Assembly: GCA_051362555.1 (NCBI GenBank)
Contig: CM120647.1
Span: 5,642,001 to 5,706,000 of the forward strand
Length of the DNA stretch: 64,000 bases
Reading direction: 5' to 3'
Source: Lingula anatina
Lineage: Eukaryota > Animalia > Brachiopoda
Part shown: in pieces, positions 14,956 through 26,638 of the stretch
Position numbering within the stretch: position 1 is the first letter of the stretch
Layout of the letters: each line of letters begins with the position of its first letter
Notes under the pieces: model-generated
What the model was told of the DNA's origin: nothing
Databases searched by the model: none
Seen by the model: only the letters and a program-made list of their open reading frames with translations
Program-made: the position numbers and the translations under genes

Positions 14956-15888
14956 GGCTGAATCCCTCCCTTCTGTAATAGGTCATCGCGGTATAACCAC
15001 GGATTAAAGTTGTTTGTCATTTGATCACGAGATTGGGACATTATATTTGAGAGTGGTGTGACTTTCTTATTGTTGCTATTCACATTGGGTTGATGAATTT
15101 TCTCATTTTCAGTTTTCATTTGGCCCAAATCCTTCTCAATCAGTTTTTTAAATGTCAAATAATTTTATTTATTTATTCATCTAAAATTTCGTTGTCTTTT
15201 TCTTTTCTTTTTTATTTATTTATTATTTTTTTTTTTTTTATTTTTTTTGTGGAATATGCTGTCAGTCTTTTTAGTATCACCTTGTTTATGAGAATGTGTC
15301 ACATACACCTCTCTCTAACACATGGTATATCTCATCTTTAACAACCGTAAAATTGGTTTGTGTGGCAGATGCAAAAGTATTTCTGTCCTTATAATTATGA
15401 TAAAGAAATGGGATATGAAATGTCGTACTGCAATCCATTATATTGAAAGGTGAGAAGACGATCGTTCACGAATGCGAATGAAAGGCAATCATATGATATC
15501 GTAATTCTTCGGTGATTTGGACCAAGGCGGGATTACATGTATAAGTCACTTGTGTGGCTTTCGTTAGCTACAGGTATTTCGCTTTTTAAGCTTTTTAAAT
15601 CTTTTATGAAAGTATATAAACATTTAAATGTTTCAGGTTTGTTTCATTTTATGGATTCTGAGGCCAATCAAGACCCTGTTTCATGAAGGATTTATCACTA
15701 ACTTGCCTTTAAATTCAGAGTTTAACTTGAAATATCTCAATACCAAATACTTTTAATATGCGGCTCCTAAGTGAGAGGAATGCAGTTATATTGTGGCGTG
15801 ATACTGTTACTCCAAGTACAGCCAACGCAACACTAGGCTGGTTATATGCAAACCAGATGCGACCCCCAAGGGCCAGCTCATTCTCTTA

Positions 15889-16114
15889 GACCCCATTCCC
15901 ATAGATTTTAGATTGATCTATCCCTGTGGGGAGTCTCACTAGATTTACTGTCAGCTTAGCCGCCTTAAGCGTCTGTCCCGCCTATTAAAAGCTGTAAGGG
16001 GGTAATTGACTATGGTGTGCGCTCGGCTGACTACAATTTAGCGTGAACCCCCAGGGAGTTACGTCGATCTAAATCTAAATCTCTGGATCGATCTAAATCT
16101 CTGGGAATGCACCC
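15889..16114. mobile_element. MITE family 1, full-length copy 2
   Basis: Reverse complement of 4727-4951, flanked by TTA and TAA. Confidence 0.8.
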
Positions 16115-16769
16115 TAAATTACGACCGCATTGAGATTATGTGGGATATCTTCAAAAATGGATATCTCAGTTAAAGACGAAAATGAGAGCTAAAAAGATCC
16201 CAGTCTATTTTTCCGCCTAATGTGGAACGACATCACTCCGGAAGCGTTACAGAGCATTTTGTCTCTATGCACAGACGTGTGAGGTGCGACCTCCGATCTT
16301 ACCGTACAAAATCCTCAAAGGTGACTGTGATTTAAGCTTATTCGTTGGTTGTGCATTCAGAAAATATTTGTGAGATAAGTGAAAAAAAACCTTTAGAAGT
16401 TGGATAAAAATTATTGGTTTATAAATTGATTTTGAACATCACTTTACGCATTGCATTATAGGGGGTGGGGACTATTTTTGGTAGGGGAGTGTGGTATTAT
16501 CATTTACTCTGGGAAATTTGATTTCCAAATATAGTCCTAGAAACCACTGATTAAAATGTTTCAACGCTGTTTAGCTTACCGGCTCTCTAACTGCCCTATA
16601 AACCACACAGTTTTAATTTAGTTGGCCGGTGATTAGATAATTAGATTATATGTCCACCGGTAAAGCTGATACACCGGTTAGTGAAAAACACCCTTTAAAA
16701 TAACTGGATTTTTATAATTATTTTTTATATCTTTTTTTTACTTCGTCACCTGTGCAGTCAGTATCATCC

Positions 16770-16770
<1 letters not shown>

Positions 16771-16816
<46 letters not shown>

Positions 16817-17240
16817 TTATTTCTTAAAACCACATTAATAATAATAATAATGATTCTTATAACAATAATATTAATAATAATAATAATGATCATTTATTAC
16901 TTAAAACCACATTAAACATGCTTGTAAGTCTCTACTCTGTCTCTACACTGTCTATCATAAGGCTTACATACAGTGTGTAATATCACAGCACCACAAACCA
17001 CATAGATCAATTTAAGAGGAGGAAGTAAAAGTTAAAGAAGAACTAGACCAACCAAAGTATTCTTTAAATAAAACATGTAGTGCAATTTCTCTTAAAAACT
17101 ATCATAATTTCATTTGTTGAAATTAGACCATACATTTGGTCCACCATTTAAACAAACAAGCAAACAGAAACTAATTATACATTTTAATATGATTCATAAT
17201 AAATCTTATATGGGGAATTTCATTATACACGGTAAGACAT
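16771..17240 (-). mobile_element. Old L2/CR1-like LINE 3' remnant with (ATT)n tail
   Basis: Minus-strand frameshifted GGPNVWSNF...FKRKLH resembles the LINE ORF2 end 'GP..WN.L....FK..L'. (AAT)n microsatellite at 16771-16815 on the + strand. Confidence 0.4.
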
Positions 17241-18083
17241 TAAAAAATATCACATTAACTAGCAAACGCAAACAAGTAAACGTTTCTCTACACGATTAGC
17301 ATAAAAGAAAAGGTGTATTTGACACAAGCTCAATTATGCTATTTCCGTGAAAGTAAAATTGCAATTAAAATAATTTTTTCATGCTAAGAGAGCCTTAAAT
17401 TATACATCTAAAGTTTTTCGCATAGACACACAAACGGAAATAACATTTGCTTGCTCGACACATGGTAAGTCAAATGTATTTGGTGCAAGCTTAAGTCTAC
17501 TTTTTTCGTATGTTGTTCAAATGCAGTGGTTGTTTTCTTATATGATGAGTACGTGAAAATCTGTAAGATCTCGCTCAAACTGAAAAAAATGTTAGTTTCC
17601 TCAATAACACAATAAATAATGTCAATTTGGTGCAAAACCAATTTCCACTTGAGTGTGTCACGTATAAATTAAAGAGTACATGTGCATACGCTAGATACCT
17701 TCACAAAATAAATAAACTAATTACCTGATTTATTAGTAATTTAAAATATTAATTAGTTTATAAGTTTTTAATTGATACTTTAATACAATACACCTTTTAA
17801 TAGAAAACTGAAATATCAAAAAGAGTATATTTGTACTAATATGAAGGCACAAATGGTTAACAGCACATTCTGTTAAAAACATGTAAGCGGTGCAATAAAT
17901 CGCAAACAGAATTGGTTTTAGCTAAGGAAAATGGCTTTTTTTATGAATGTTAACAGTTGGCTTTTATGGTGTACAATGTATCCTCTATCAGGGCCACAGA
18001 TTGATTTTTCACTAAACATTCACAGATAGTGTTTCTGGTTATTTCGTGGCACTTTCCTCTACTGTTACTCAAGGTACACAAAA

Positions 18084-18365
18084 GAGGCCACTCAGAAGAG
18101 AAGATCCGAGGATCTATTGGTCCACAGATCAAATATGGCGGACCCTACAGAAAATAAGAGTTAACTAATCTGCTGATGGTCTCCCCACCTCCACACGCGC
18201 CGTCTTTGCCGGGGTCTAGCAATTAAATCTCATAGCATGTTTTAATCTGTCTAATGGCGCGTGTGGAGGCGGCTATACCATCAGCGGATCAGTCAGCTCT
18301 TCTTTCATGTAGGGCCCGCCATATTTGACCTGTAGGTCCTCGGATCTTCTGATCTGAGTGGCCTC
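18084..18365. mobile_element. Palindromic MITE just downstream of gene B stop codon
   Basis: TIRs GAGGCCACTCAGA / TCTGAGTGGCCTC, with further paired arms (CAAATATGGCGG / CCGCCATATTTG; CCTCCACACGCGCC / GGCGCGTGTGGAGG). Confidence 0.85.
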
Positions 18366-18483
18366 ATAATTGATATACGGCCCTAGTAGAAGGCATGTTC
18401 AATACAGCTTTAAAGTATATTTAGACATAGAAAAATGTGAATCCAAGACATTTTCAAATGCGGATAGTGTACATTTAATACCA

Positions 18484-20873
18484 CTAGCAATAGTTAAGAT
18501 AAAATTCAACATCCATATTGTTATTCTGCAAATAATATCCATGTTGACAGAGGGCGTGTTTGTCCTGAACAGTGAGCACGCACGCAGAAACCACCCACGG
18601 TTTGTGGCACTTCCGGCGAGGATCCCAGTAGTCGTAATAGTCGTTATCGCTGTTGTCGTACACGGTTCCTGTCGGGCAGTCAATGGGGATATACCTGTTA
18701 TTGGCCTGATAGCACTCAGCCACTGTAAGACAGGTTCCGCACAGCTGCGCTGGTTTCAGGGGGACACAGGGGGACTGGTACGGGTCAACGGCATAGGGTG
18801 CTTTTAACGTGAGACACGTGGCGCATGTCTCGGCAGCGGGTGGAGGATTCTGGCAGTAGGACAGGGCTTCAAAACCATAGTTCTAGAAAGAGATTGGCAA
18901 GATTTGTTAAAACACTCGAATCAACAGAATTGCTGGATGAAATTTTAGGTTGTAAGATAATCGCTGAATAGGTCGGTTGGAAAGGGTTACTTTTTGTGCA
19001 AAAAGTTCACCTATAACCCCCTTTACTTGGCCCAACATGAAAATGGTATATAACCTAGATATTATTTTTATTATTATTATTTACGCCATTAAATGGTTCT
19101 TCCAAACCCCTGAAGTCAATTAGTACTAGAAGGGCCTACTCTAAACTTGGGAGCCCTTACATTCACGTCGTACTCTCAACCCGGGAACCCTTACATTAAC
19201 GTCGTACTCTTAACCCGGGAACCCTTACATTCACGTCGTACTCTCAACCCGGGAACCCTTACAGCCACGTTGTACCCTCAACCCGGGAACCCTAACACTC
19301 ACGTCGTACTCTCAACCCGGGAACCCTTACAGCCACGTTGTACCCTCAACCCGGGAGCCCCATGCAGTCACGTCACGTAACTTACTCTCAACCCTGGAAC
19401 CTGTACTACGGCACGTCGTACTTACCACCCAGGAACCGCTCTGCAAGGGCTCGCATAGAGCCCATAAGTCTGTAGTCGTTGGTTGACAATGGCTGCTGCC
19501 TGTCCATGGATAAGAACACGCACCTAGAATCTAATACAGATAGATGGTCAGAAAAATGATCGCAAAAACTAAACAAAAATGAGATTACCCGGAAATATCA
19601 ACTGTTCACTTTTCCGTTAATCACGAGTCTTTTTCACACCCAAAATCGGTGAAACGTGATAGAGCCCCCTCCCCACCCCCCACCCCCCCACCCCCGATAG
19701 ATTTTGACCCACTTAGGTCAGGCTAACCCTAACCATTATAACTGAATGTAGGGCGGACTTTCTATTACACGGACCTTCATTTTCGTTATACCGGTAACAT
19801 AGTTACGAAATATACATTTCATTTCATTTCATTTTTAGTTTCATTTTAGACGGATTTGTAGTTTGCTAGCCACTATCACAACGGAGATAGGGCCTTGTGC
19901 ATTTCACTCGTGAGAGTAAATTAGGGTATTGGAAATTTCGAAAACGGGTTCATAGGTGGCAGTTTTATCAATCGATTTGGATTTGGTGTACCTTGATGAA
20001 AATGGGACTTTTTTGTTGTATACAATACTTAGTTAAAATACATAACAATTGGTATTTTTTAGAGATTGTGAACTTTGTTATTTAAAAAAAGCTCGCTTAT
20101 TGCGTAAGTGACCCATCTTACCAGACCCGGCTAATTAACAGTAGGAAGCGAACTTGTGAAAGCGAGTATAATCTCCTGTAACGTAATAAGACTGTACGCT
20201 CCTCCAAAGTGCACCGATCCAAGCGGTATCTCAAAGTGTACCGATACGGAAATTATTGCTTAAGTGTACCTCTCGATGTGAAAGGGTGTGAGGGTGTGTT
20301 CACTGTGAACATTCTGTTCTAGCTAAAGTCCATTCTTTCCACTGGATCTTTTGCTGAATGCGATCGGCTTAACAGATGTGAAAAAAGCCTCCTCCTGGCG
20401 TTTCAGTCCAATACAGGTAAGTTGGCTATAACACGAGAATGTTGGAGACGTGTTAATCTGTTATTCCCATTGCATTCAGCGAGAGTCCCCGCAGACTACG
20501 TTGGACAGATTCACTGAGAACGCACTGAAGGCAAAACCTTACCGGGTTCCAGATCTTAGGGTTCTCACAGACGATGGGGACGGGCTGCGAGCTGCTGCTG
20601 GCACAGTAGAAATATTTCAAACACGTGTTGCAATCTTGGTGGTAACCCGGCCCCAGCACAGCACAATCTGTGAAGACAATGTTTTAGGTGAGACGAAACA
20701 GAGGGCAGAGAGCTCAAATATAGTGGCGCCATCAATCCCCTTAAGTCATGTTCTCCGGCTAAGAACTTAATTACCAAGGTAACATGGTCACGTGGGCACA
20801 TCTTACCCTATCAGGAACAGTGTTACAACACTCTCATTGCAATCCTAGTCAACTAAGCCAGGGAACTGACTAA

Positions 20874-20908
<35 letters not shown>

Positions 20909-21720
20909 TGAAACTGGGGCCATTGCTTACATGATTTAAATTGAATTCATCTTAAACTTAAGTAATATTGACCAATGTTCATTCCAGCTTTTCTGATGTC
21001 ATCTCTTACTTTTCTGACGTCATTATTGACGTCATATTTCTGAAGTGACGTCATCCCTTATTACGACTGACCTGCGTTTGGACTGGCTGGACATTTCAGT
21101 AAACCAGTCGCACAGATTCCAGTGCTGACTTCTTGAACCCAGCAGACGATAAGGAAGAGGACTGGGGCTATAATAAATTTAGGAAATGATATACATATCA
21201 TTATTGTATTTGTCAATATGAATTAATACAAAGACGATCTTGAATCCAGTGAGAGGGTGACCCAGTGGGTCACACACCCCTGCGAAAATTTGTCTCATAT
21301 AACTTACGGTTCTCAATCTATTCTAGAACATTTGGTCTTGAAAAACATGATGTTCTTGGACAGATTGAAAACCGTAGGTGAGCGTTAAATGAGACAAATT
21401 TTCCCACCCACCATCTCTCTTTAGCTTTTGGTGTAACTTCTTCAGCTGACTTCTTTCCCAAGAAGACAGAGAACAGTGGCATATTTTCGTATTGTAGGTG
21501 CACTGCACACTAGTAGGTGTAGAAGGAATTGATGATGCCGATGATTAAGTTGCTAGACTGAAGTAAGTAATGTTCCACTTGGACAAATAATTCCTCTGCT
21601 CGCTTACTTTTAATAAAATATTTTCTAACATGTTAAATTGGTTTAGCTATTGAGAATCAGTGAATTTATGACGCTGACGATACTGTGCTCTCTTCTGCGG
21701 GACTACAATTGATCACTGCG

Positions 21721-21759
<39 letters not shown>

Positions 21760-22146
21760 CTGGGGTCTATACCTCTTCACCCAAAGGTTTTTAGCGAATC
21801 AAACTTGTTACAACCAAACGAGTGAAGGATTCAAATGATGTGATTTTCACCCCAAAAATGTTGACAATGGGAATTTGACATATGCGCTTCGGGGCACAAT
21901 CCTGTGGTTTAACCACAAAAAGGGATTTCCATATATAATTTGAAGGGATCAACTTTCAAGGTAAATTTTGAAGAACTTGTAAATTCTGTCTCTTCTTCCT
22001 TTAAGCTGAAATAAACATATATTTTTAATTTTATCCCCTAATTTACATTCATATGAACCCCTTTCAAGAAATTATGCCAGAATAGAAATCACGTGACCAA
22101 GACACACCCAATCCACGTACGTACCTGATATCAGCATTTCGAACAT
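18484..22146 (-). CDS. Gene B: secreted Cys-rich protein with two atypical chitin-binding type-2 (peritrophin-A) modules, 248 aa, 5 coding exons
   Basis: Exons 22146-22125, 21167-21072, 20667-20543, 19530-19426, 18882-18484. All are GT-AG with consistent phases (747 nt, open to TAG). Signal-peptide-like MFEMLISAPVLFLIVCWVQEVST, then CAVLGPGYHQDCNTCLKYFYC...CENPKIWNPILGACSYPW. Paralogous to gene A. Confidence 0.85.
19149..19437. repeat. 34-bp minisatellite in gene B intron 4, about 8 copies
   Basis: Unit GGGAACCCTTACATTCACGTCGTACTCTCAACCC at 19149, 19183 and onward. The last copy overlaps the exon 4 donor. Confidence 0.9.
20740..20920. mobile_element. Dispersed non-autonomous element (intronic)
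   Basis: Reverse-complement copy at ~43300-43516 (GTTCCCTGGCTTAGTTGACTAGGATT...GGTAATTAAGTTCTTAGCC). Both carry a TTGTGAAAYTGGGGCC terminus. Confidence 0.75.
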
Positions 22147-22433
22147 CAAAACCTGGACTCAGTAGATTAATATAAACAATAAACGCCCAGGCAGAAAACA
22201 GTTAGTTTCGATTCAACCCAGACATCTGAAAGCGGGAGCGCACGATCAATTGTTATACCCTTAGGTAAATGTGCATTACTTTTACGGATAATGTGGAGTT
22301 ATCCTACTGTTAAAGTTTACGGGAAATTAATTGCCTAACCCCAGGTCCTCAAATATGCTGTGTTTGCCCCCTGTGTGACTTGAAGGCTTGATATGATTAC
22401 TGATACATGTATCATTCTGAGTCCCCGAGCCCC

Positions 22434-22466
<33 letters not shown>

Positions 22467-22502
22467 GGGGAGAAAGAGAGAAAGGGAGAGAGAGACTGGG
22501 GT

Positions 22503-22541
<39 letters not shown>

Positions 22542-22803
22542 TGGCTTGTAAAATAAAGACTATTAAAAGAGGATAATAAATATATGTACTTATAAAACTA
22601 CAAGGTTATAGTAGACTAATAAAAGATAAGTATTTTAACTTTAGAAATTAACTCATACGACCGAGCAATAATGCCCTGATCAACGTGTGGGTTAGAAAAC
22701 AGTTATTAACAATTTTTGCGAACTTGCTTATGATGTCAATTTTACTTCTTCTTTACTTCGTCCTGCAAAACGAATATCTGCCTGGTTTCCTATATCTCTC
22801 TGT

Positions 22804-22858
<55 letters not shown>

Positions 22859-23201
22859 TTTTGTTTTTTCTTTCTCTATGCAGATCCCCTCACAACGGAA
22901 AACATAATCGTATGGGTCACGTTCTCTTCACGTTAAAATTTATTAATATTCTGCAATTACGTCCCGTGAGACCCGGATGTCGTTTTCGTTTTACATATCG
23001 CCTTCCGGTAGTTCAAAGAGAAATCACAACATAATAATAAAATTTTTAAAAATGTATTTCTTGACACAAACACAAGGTAAAAGATAGAAATGTCACTCTA
23101 GTATGTAGACAGCTACACAGTCAAGTGCACTGAAACACGCCACGAGTTCACATATTTTCTAGTAACATCTCGTATGTAACGGACCGTTAAGTTGGATATC
23201 T

Positions 23202-23464
23202 CCCCGTTCCCATACCTAGATCGATCTTGCAGGATCGACCCATCAGATCTCCAAGATGTTTCCGGCTATATTACATTCAGCTTATACTGCTGTGATGTCT
23301 GTCGCGCCTACTGAAGCTGTTGGGGGGGGGGGGATTAACTATCGTTTAGCAGCTTCAGTAGGCGTGCCAGACATCAGAGCCGCTTAAGCTGAATGCAATT
23401 TATCGAGAATCCCCTCGGAGATAGGTCGATCCTGCTAGGTCGTTTTAGGAATGGGAACGAGGTC
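23202..23464. mobile_element. Palindromic MITE related to family 1
   Basis: Arms CGTTCCCAT..GCAGGATCGACC / GGTCGATCCTGC..ATGGGAACG and GATGTCTG..CGCCTACTGAAGCTG / CAGCTTCAGTAGGCG..CAGACATC. Confidence 0.75.
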
Positions 23465-23611
23465 TTAATTTTTGTAGTGCTATTTAAATGACGGTTTTAA
23501 CAAGATGAAAGGAAGTCTCAGCCTCACCCAGGATGGGTGTGAACCCACCGTGTCAAAGTTAAACGCCATTAAAATTACATTGTAAATTTTGCCCTCTGTG
23601 AACACACGACA

Positions 23612-23880
23612 ACGCCATAATCGTTTCTGAATTTAGTATTCAGCGAAAAGTGATAATGTTTTACTTAATGCATCTTTGTTTTGAGCTGTTAGCGTCAGCG
23701 ACGATTAACAGATTAATTGCTATAATCGTTTCTGAATAAAGTATTTAGCGAGAAGTGATAATGTTAAGCTTATTGCATCTCTGATTTGAGCTGTTAGAGT
23801 CAGCAACGATAAACAGAATAATCGCCATAATCGTTTCTGAATAAAGTATTCAGCGAGAAGTGATAATGTTTTACTTAAAG
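23612..23880. repeat. ~105-bp tandem repeat, about 2.5 copies
   Basis: ATAATCGTTTCTGAAT..AGTATT.AGCGA.AAGTGATAATGTT occurs three times, with a further diverged piece at ~24250-24305. Confidence 0.8.
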
Positions 23881-24728
23881 GTACATACGAACCGAGCATC
23901 GGTGGAGCGTGGATTCCCAGTAACACATGTAAACCACTTCTACTAGATTCTTATATTACTCAAATAAATTCGACATGCCAAGGGATAAACTGAATAGATC
24001 ACTCGATCAGCCGTAAAAGACCTTTAGACTGCTCCTTTCTTTAAATTTTTGGTTGTAAATTTAACCTACTTTCGTGACCTACTTTCCTGCCCCATTGACA
24101 TACAGCTTAGAATGCCAGCAGAAAAATCCGTTCAAACATCATTTTCGGGTAAAATTAAACAATGCCTTTTGGTAATTCTCTTAGTTATACTACTTGAAAC
24201 TATGTGCTGGCATTTGGTTGGTTTTTGTGACAAAAAAAATTGACTTTGTATGCATCTTTAAAACATTTTTGTTTGAGCTGTTAGAGTCAGCAACAATAAA
24301 CAGAATAGTTAATATTACACGTAACACGTCAGCCGTATATTCGAAGAGCATCTTTCTGATTACTTTAAAGCCTAGCAATTTTCTTAAAATGTTACGTGTA
24401 CGGTTGACAACGACCAATTCTTGTAAATAACTAACAATCAAGCCAAAAACAATTGATCAATATTTGCAAACAGACTACTTTATTCTACACACTGCACTGA
24501 TTGTCCCCACACGGAAGTAATCTTTTTTTTCTAATGCAATCTCTCGTGAAGACAGATAACATTATCTGATTTACAGTTTACACTTTGAATTATTTTAATT
24601 CACTTTGCCAGGTACACTTACAATAAGAAATGTCCACACACAAATGACAATGCAGACCCTATCTATTCATCCTCATACCAAAATTAGCAAAGTGAAAAAG
24701 GTCTGTGGAGAATCGAACCGTGGACTCA

Positions 24729-26188
24729 TTAATAACAGTGCGTACTATAGTACATGGCCGCTTCACTCCCGGGTGTCGCGCCTTGATAATGGGAACAAAT
24801 GGCGGCCTGATCTTGGGCGGTCAAAGAGCACGCGTTCGTCTTCCATGGCTCGAGGCACTTGCTAGTGGGATTCCCCGTAGGGTTTGTAGCCTGGGGGTCG
24901 TACACCTTCCCCGCCTCACAGGGGAATGAAATTGGCAGAGGGTAGGAGTAACAGACGGCGACTTTAAGGCAGGATTCACACGTCTGAAAGTCACCAAATC
25001 GCCCGTTACAGGCCTCTCCCGGCCGAATGACGTCAGACGTGGGAAAGGGGGCTTTCAGTTTTCCCGTGATGCAGTTCGGGCAGGCAGTAGGTGTCGCCAC
25101 AGGGTCGGACATCAAGCTGATGGATAGGGACTGCATGTACATCATTCCATCATAACCTCCCATCTGGAATGAAAGGTTCGGAGAGTTATGCTTACTAACA
25201 ACCAGGACATTATTATTGAAAATGTATGAAAACTCTTTAAGAATTATGCTCTTTTAAGTTCTTGTATATAATTTTGTACTCAATAAAGTCATTCAAATCA
25301 AATCAAAAACAACATTTTGACGATAACAACCGATTTCTTGTCTTGTCAGGGGATCAGTGACCTTGATCAGAATTATTTATTCGATGTTTTACTTAAGAAA
25401 AACATAAACCTTTATCACTTTTTCTGTCGGCTTCATTCTTAAATGTCAATAGGACGGGTCATATTTTGACACATTGCAATTACACACTTTTTGACACTTG
25501 CAGTTTTGACAATCTTTTTATAAAAGTAAAAGGTCAACTTCAACAAAAAAACAATAACACAAATTAATTTAATAAACAATCAACCAAGGAAAGTATACAG
25601 AAAATGGCACACACGATGAACACAAAAAGTAAGCCAGTATAATATTATTCTTTTTAATAAATTTACTAGGCTTTAAAAATCCGCTCAAAAACATTGATGA
25701 CCTTTTGATTGATAATTCACACTGAAATGCCCAAAAAACTCTCAATAACGCCCCGATCTCAAGACACGTGTCATACGAAATAAAATAAACAAATAAATAA
25801 AAAAGAAATCATTTAAAAAACTTACCTGCCAATCACCGGACTCGCGCAGGTAGTCACTGACCGTCACGATGTCTGAGCTGGTCAGTTTACAGGTCAGTCC
25901 ACTGACCCAAGGCCAGTCGCACTGCTGGCTGGCCTGTTGAATACAAAAAAAATAAATACAGGCATAGGCATAGGCCTACAGACAGAAATATAGGCAAAAC
26001 CTGGGTTTAGTCTCATGTATGATTCAGTCTTGTATTAGACATGGAAACGGGTAAATTTCACTTACCGGAGTAAATGTTAGAAATGAAATTCTCACAAACG
26101 ATTTATAGATCATAATTTCATCAACTGTTTTGAATAAAGTAGGCCTATATCTTAGGAAATTTATTAATATCTCCAATATATTTAGGCC

Positions 26189-26230
<42 letters not shown>

Positions 26231-26549
26231 CTTTGTCTAATACACTTCTTGAGTCTAAAACGGCACGCATATTTACCTGATTCCAAACATGCCCATTGGG
26301 ACACTGAACGTTTTCGCGCACTCCGTTAGTGCACCTTACATAAGACAAGCATGACGCACAGTCCTGATGCATGCCGTCGCCTAGCAACCCACAGAAATCG
26401 CCACCGTAGCAAAGAGAAGACGCTTCCGAGGCTAACGTGTGACACTCGCGGCATGGGTGACTCCCGTGTAATTCCTGGACTAGGAATGAAGCGGCAATTA
26501 CGCCGAAGATGAAAATTGCAAGGCGCGACTGTGCGGTTAAGGTTTTCAT
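24729..26549 (-). CDS. Gene A: secreted Cys-rich protein with two atypical chitin-binding type-2 (peritrophin-A) modules, 271 aa, 3 coding exons
   Basis: Exons 26549-26277, 25933-25826, 25163-24729 (GT-AG, all phase 0). Signal-peptide-like MKTLTAQSRLAIFIFGVIAASFLVQELHG. Module 1 has C-x13-C-x5-C-x9-C-x12-C-x9-C spacing with Y and W at ChtBD2 aromatic positions. AATAAA at 24484-24479. Confidence 0.88.
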
Positions 26550-26632
26550 CGTGCTTAAATGTTGGATCCGACTGTTTTTCCTGTTTTGTGCACTGAAATA
26601 CACAAATTGCCAAAATGGAGCGTTGCTTATCC

Positions 26633-26638
26633 TTTATA
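26633..26638 (-). promoter_or_regulatory. Candidate TATA box of gene A
   Basis: TATAAA(GG) on the minus strand ~85 nt upstream of the ATG, with a TCAGT Inr-like motif at 26596-26592. Confidence 0.45.

Noticed and set aside
14661-14960. C-type lectin-like 'WIGL' peptide
   Set aside because: The motif appears on both strands because the region is a palindromic MITE. There is no coherent CTLD or exon structure.
18370-18807. 145-aa + strand ORF and other antisense ORFs over genes A and B, the L1 and the hAT element
   Set aside because: Shadow frames of real minus-strand coding sequence.
19149-19437. CRISPR-like 34-bp repeats
   Set aside because: Head-to-tail copies without unique spacers, in a eukaryotic intron, with no cas genes.
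23520-23560. tRNA-like T-arm sequence
   Set aside because: Only a short B-box-like piece with no cloverleaf. At most a SINE remnant.
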